Shown: one piece after another, positions 59,845 through 64,000 of the stretch | Position numbering within the stretch: the stretch's first letter is position 1 | How the letters are laid out: each line of letters opens with the position of its first letter | Assembly (NCBI GenBank): GCA_965140785.1 | Contig: OZ223491.1 | Location: 29,796-93,795 of the forward strand | Direction: 5' to 3' | Length of the DNA stretch: 64,000 bases | From: an uncultured Ruficoccus sp. | GTDB lineage: Bacteria; Verrucomicrobiota; Verrucomicrobiia; Opitutales; Cerasicoccaceae | Program-made: the position numbers and the translations under genes | Notes under the pieces: model-generated | The model's database searches: none | What the model saw: only the letters and a program-made list of their open reading frames with translations | Told to the model about the DNA's origin: nothing

Positions 59845-61379
59845 TCAACAGCAGCTAAAAAATTAAAAGCATTTCATCCAAAAAGAAATCTTGCAAGAAT
59901 ATTATCTTTGCAAACATTCAGAAATATTCTTTTGAATTTCTTAATTGCTTGTCTAAAAATAAATTAAAATTTAATAAATAAAAAAATTTTCTTACACTAT
60001 AATAGCATTTTATTAAATATTTTTTTGGAAGCTCAGTTTTTAATAAAATATATTTAATTATTTCTTAATATTATCATCTAAAACAACAGTTTATTATTAA
60101 ATTAAAACCTAATAGCAGCTTCAATTGGTATCTCTTCAAAAGCTTTATTATTAATCTATTTCAAAACTAAAATTAAATAAAATTTACCAAAGAGACTTAT
60201 AATGGGTTAGCCTTGAAGTCAATTAAAAATTTAACTACCTAATTTATTTGAATAAAACAATTAAATTGCAACCTCAATATTCCCATATTTGCAAGCTTCG
60301 TATAGAGGAGTAACGCCAAACATATTTCTTTAATTAACTAAATGATCAGGATCAGATGGATCATGCAAATTGTGAGAGATATCTAAGCGTAGGAGCTATT
60401 TCATGAAAGATATATCCTTTGGGGATCCTCTTCCGGCAAGTTAGACGAGATTGTTAATTTTTAATTAACTTGAAAATTCATTATTATTATTTGCTATTAT
60501 TTATGAAGTTTATGAATCTGGTTGATAAATATTGCAGGATTTAATTTCTGTTTCGATATTGTTCTAAGTTTTTAATAAAATTTAATTAATATTTACTAAA
60601 TCAAGAGATTTCACTTAATTTGTTCTCAATAGCCAAACTGATGTAAATATATGACTCAGTTTATTTCATTTAGATTTTCCAACATTTGGCTTTCTTAACA
60701 AAAATAATTAAGAACATTTAATAATACTTTGAGTTAATTTTATTAGATCCTTTTATTTTATTCTAAAGCAAGAATCTTTATTTAACATTTTTTTCTTTTT
60801 TTAAACATTCAGAATTTCATTCTATTGCATTACTATTCCTTAATTTGCAAGCGCTTTAAAAACTCTCTTATTCTTATTTTTAAAGAGGAGATAATATATA
60901 TGAATCATCAATTTAAATATTCTCATAAAAGATCATTGGCTTAACAGTACTATTATTATTACTTTCTAATGGTGATTTTATTTCTAAATCTTAATTGATA
61001 ATTTTTGGGAGTTTAATTTGAGTAAATGAATTAGATTTATTGTTGGCTGGTAAAATTTATTTTTCTATATTTTTAGAAAATGTTAGTTCATTTTATTATT
61101 CTAAATTATTTTAAGAATGAGAATTATTTCTTAAAATCTTAAAGAGTTTAGAATTATTAAAAATTTATTATTCATGAATCTTAGGTTATTTTTATCTTCA
61201 GTCATTTAGATCATCCTCTAAATCATCAGGAGTATCAACTTATTAAGTTCGAAATTATTTATTTATATCTAAATAATTTTATTTAATACTCTTAAGGAAC
61301 TTTAAAAAATTTTATCTTATGGAGTTTTTGGGTCGTTTTCTGTTGTTGAAACCAAATTAAAATTTACTGGATCTGACAT
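59845..61379 (-). CDS. Ankyrin-repeat protein with C-terminal -CC motif
   Basis: GVTPLYEACKYGNIEVVKFLIDFKANP and EIPIEAAIR(TGA=W)QYQEII; ends FFSCC-TGA. Confidence 0.72.
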
Positions 61380-61685
61380 TATAAATTAATATATTATTTT
61401 TTTTTTAATTGAATTTAAGTAAAAATTACCAAAAAAAAGCATAATTATTGTGATAATTTTAATATTTATTATTATTTTTTAATTTTTTAAAAAAAAACCC
61501 AAAATTATACTAATTGTTTTTAAATTATTCAATCAAAATTAAAATTTTGAAATTTCATATTTCATTCCTTTGAGTTCAAATTCATTAAATAAAATCTCTA
61601 ATAGTTTTTAAAATTTGGATTTTATTTGTTATTGGTTTTTTAAAGTTTAACTGAAGAATAATAAAATTTCAAATTATTAGAAAAA

Positions 61686-63458
61686 ATGAAAAAAAATTGG
61701 AGTACAATTAATAAAAAGCAAAATATAACCAATCTTTCTGAAATAATGAAATCAACACAAACTTAAACGAGAAAAAAATTACTTAATGATATTTTTTCTG
61801 TGAAGAGAAAGCTCTTTTTTGATTAATAATAATCAACGACAGGAAATTTTTAAATGGAAGAAGAAGAAAAGGAATTAACTAATTAAAGCTTTATTGTATA
61901 GCCTTTATACACAGAAACAATTTATAATAATAATTATCAACCAATATCAAAAAATTATTTATAACTTGAAAGTATTGATAATACAAGCCCCATGTTTAGT
62001 AATTTTAATTTTTTGTAATTATGTTAAATTTAAATTTTAGTTTAAAATAATTAGCCTGATTATAAAGAATTTAAAACATTTAATGTTCCGAATGTTGAAA
62101 AAACTTTACCAAAACAACGAAAATTACAGGATCCTAATTTATTATATAGGTAAGATCGAAATACTGATTAACAATAATCTAAAAATTAAATACAATAATA
62201 ATAATATGAAGCTTTACCTTTAAATTATCATTAACTCCATGATAATCTTCGCAAGATTGGCAATTATATCTACGATAAAAGTAAATTACTAGGAAAGGGT
62301 TCCTTTAGCAAAGTTTATAAAGGATATTCTATTTAATTTCCTCGTTTTCCTTTAGCAATTAAATGCACATCACGTGATAATTATAATCTTCAAGAAATAT
62401 AAGTTTTGAAGATAGTTTCATCAAAAAATGTTATAATGTTGAAGGATGCAGTATAACATGGAACTAAGAATTATATGATGATGGATTATTGCGATGGTGG
62501 TGACTTAGGATAAAAGAAATTCTAGAATCTTGCAATTGTCTAAGTTTACAATATTTTCAGATAAGTATTAAACGGAATGAAAGAACTGTAAGGACATGGA
62601 ATCATTCATCGAGATTTAAAGCTTGAAAACCTTTTATTAAAAGAAAATTGTGTAAAAATCTCAGATTTTGGATTCGCTAAACAATTAAAGTTGCTAATAA
62701 TATCTATAAAGGATCATATTTATTTTTTATAAAGATCACTTGCAGCTGAAAGTGTAAAATGCGGGACTCCAGCAACAATGGCCCCAGAAATACTCTTTAA
62801 TCATAACCATAAAGCTATCTACACAACAAAATGCGATATTTGGTCATTAGGGATTATTTTGCATTAGCTTGCTTATGGGTGTCATCCATTTGATTATAAT
62901 TCTTAAAGAATCCTGTAAAATATAAGAATTAAGTTATTTTTTGTTATAAATATTTTAAATATGAAAATGTGTAGAATTCCAAATAATAAGTAAGATAAAT
63001 ATATTGAAGATTTTTTGGGTAAGTCGTTGGCTTTTAACCCTAAATAACGAGTAATATAAGCAATATTATAATTTTTTTTTTTTTTTTAGATGAATTGAAA
63101 TGAAGTATTTTCTCACTAGATTAACTATTTGCCTCCAGAAAATTAACATTCTCATAATAAAACCAGAAAGTTTATGAATTAATAATATTAAAAAGTAAAT
63201 ACAATTGTTGAAGAGAGTCATATAAGATCAAGAATGGAATAATAACCATTTAATAAATAATAAATAATTTCAGAAAAACCTTAAAAATGTGTGCCAATTT
63301 AATTATACTAATCAATTAATTAAGTAGTTAATGAGAAATAAGATAAAAATTAAATGTAATAAATAGCTTTGTGTTAAATTGGTAAGTATGAAAGAATAAT
63401 TTTTTTTATAATTATTCTTATTATCATTTTATTAATAACTAAAGCCAATTTAAAATGA
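61686..63458 (+). CDS. Ser/Thr protein kinase (ULK/CAMK-like) with hydrophobic C-terminal tail
   Basis: [34 protein letters not shown] and DIWSLG; ends [23 protein letters not shown]. Confidence 0.88.
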
Positions 63459-63538
63459 AAATAACTTTATTATTTTTTATTTATATTTATTTATATTTTA
63501 TATTTAAAAAATTTAAAATTTTTATTTAAACTAAAAAT

Positions 63539-64000
63539 ATGTTTACATAATTAAAAGCAATTCTTGTGAAAAATTTTCTAAATTTGATTCGAAATAAAGG
63601 CGATCTACTTCGAGAAATTTTTGTTCCCTTCATAGTAGTAATTTCCAGAATCTTTGCCTTAAAATGTTTAAATACAAAAACAAACTTTAACTAAAATTTT
63701 AGATAATTTATGGAGTGTAGTCGTAATGCTTCCATTGATATTGCCTTAAATTGTGAATGGATTAGTTCGTAAACTCATTGTTGATTTTGTCTATGAAAAA
63801 AGCTAAAAATTCAAAGAAACTCAAAAAGTATTATTATTTGAACTACTAATAACGCCTTTAAAAAGATAATGGGACTTTCCCAATCAATTTATGTTCTAGG
63901 CTGAATATTATATGCTTATATTAAATCAATAGTAATAATAGCAATTTTTATTCTGATGGTGGTTATTGCCTAGGCTTAGATAGTAGATTTATAATAAATT
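63539..64000 (+). CDS. ABC transporter subfamily A, 5' part (runs off the window)
   Basis: MFTQLKAILVKNFLNLIRNKGDLLREIFVPFIV, the typical ABCA N-terminus, followed by TM segments. Confidence 0.7.

Noticed and set aside
30083..64000. AT-rich half as non-coding DNA or mass pseudogenes
   Set aside because: The apparent stops fall at conserved Gln/Trp positions, and catalytic motifs and splice sites are intact.
30083..64000. TGA as selenocysteine or Cys (Euplotes-type), or an organellar/mycoplasma code
   Set aside because: TGA aligns to Trp columns. Spliceosomal introns and TAR=Gln indicate a nuclear genome.

Overview
The window has two unrelated halves joined abruptly at about 30082. Bases 1 to ~30082 are GC-rich bacterial DNA of PVC type (probably Verrucomicrobiota/Opitutales): an amino-sugar and sulfated-glycan utilisation region with nagA, nagB, a ROK kinase, a PIG-L deacetylase, an SSS symporter, GH20, a heparinase II/III-like lyase, a sulfatase, three prepilin-like H-X9-DG proteins, two PEP-CTERM proteins and AraC/LacI regulators. 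Bases ~30083 to 64000 are very AT-rich, gene-dense eukaryotic DNA with short (~29-45 nt) spliceosomal introns and ciliate-like genes: PI-PLC, an AdoMetDC/spermidine-synthase fusion, an EF-hand protein, TPR-cyclophilin, USP, U-box, a large surface protein, a WD40-TRP-like channel, SEL1, ankyrin, a kinase and ABCA. The supplied standard-code ORF track misses almost all of these. Main result, from manual translation: in the eukaryotic half all three stop codons are used as sense codons. TAA and TAG encode Gln, and internal TGA sits at conserved Trp positions, yet every gene end I traced is also TGA. This implies a context-dependent stop/Trp code like NCBI table 27, in an organism whose intron sizes do not match the karyorelict/heterotrich ciliates where that code is best known. 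Exon boundaries were placed by hand and no database searches were run.
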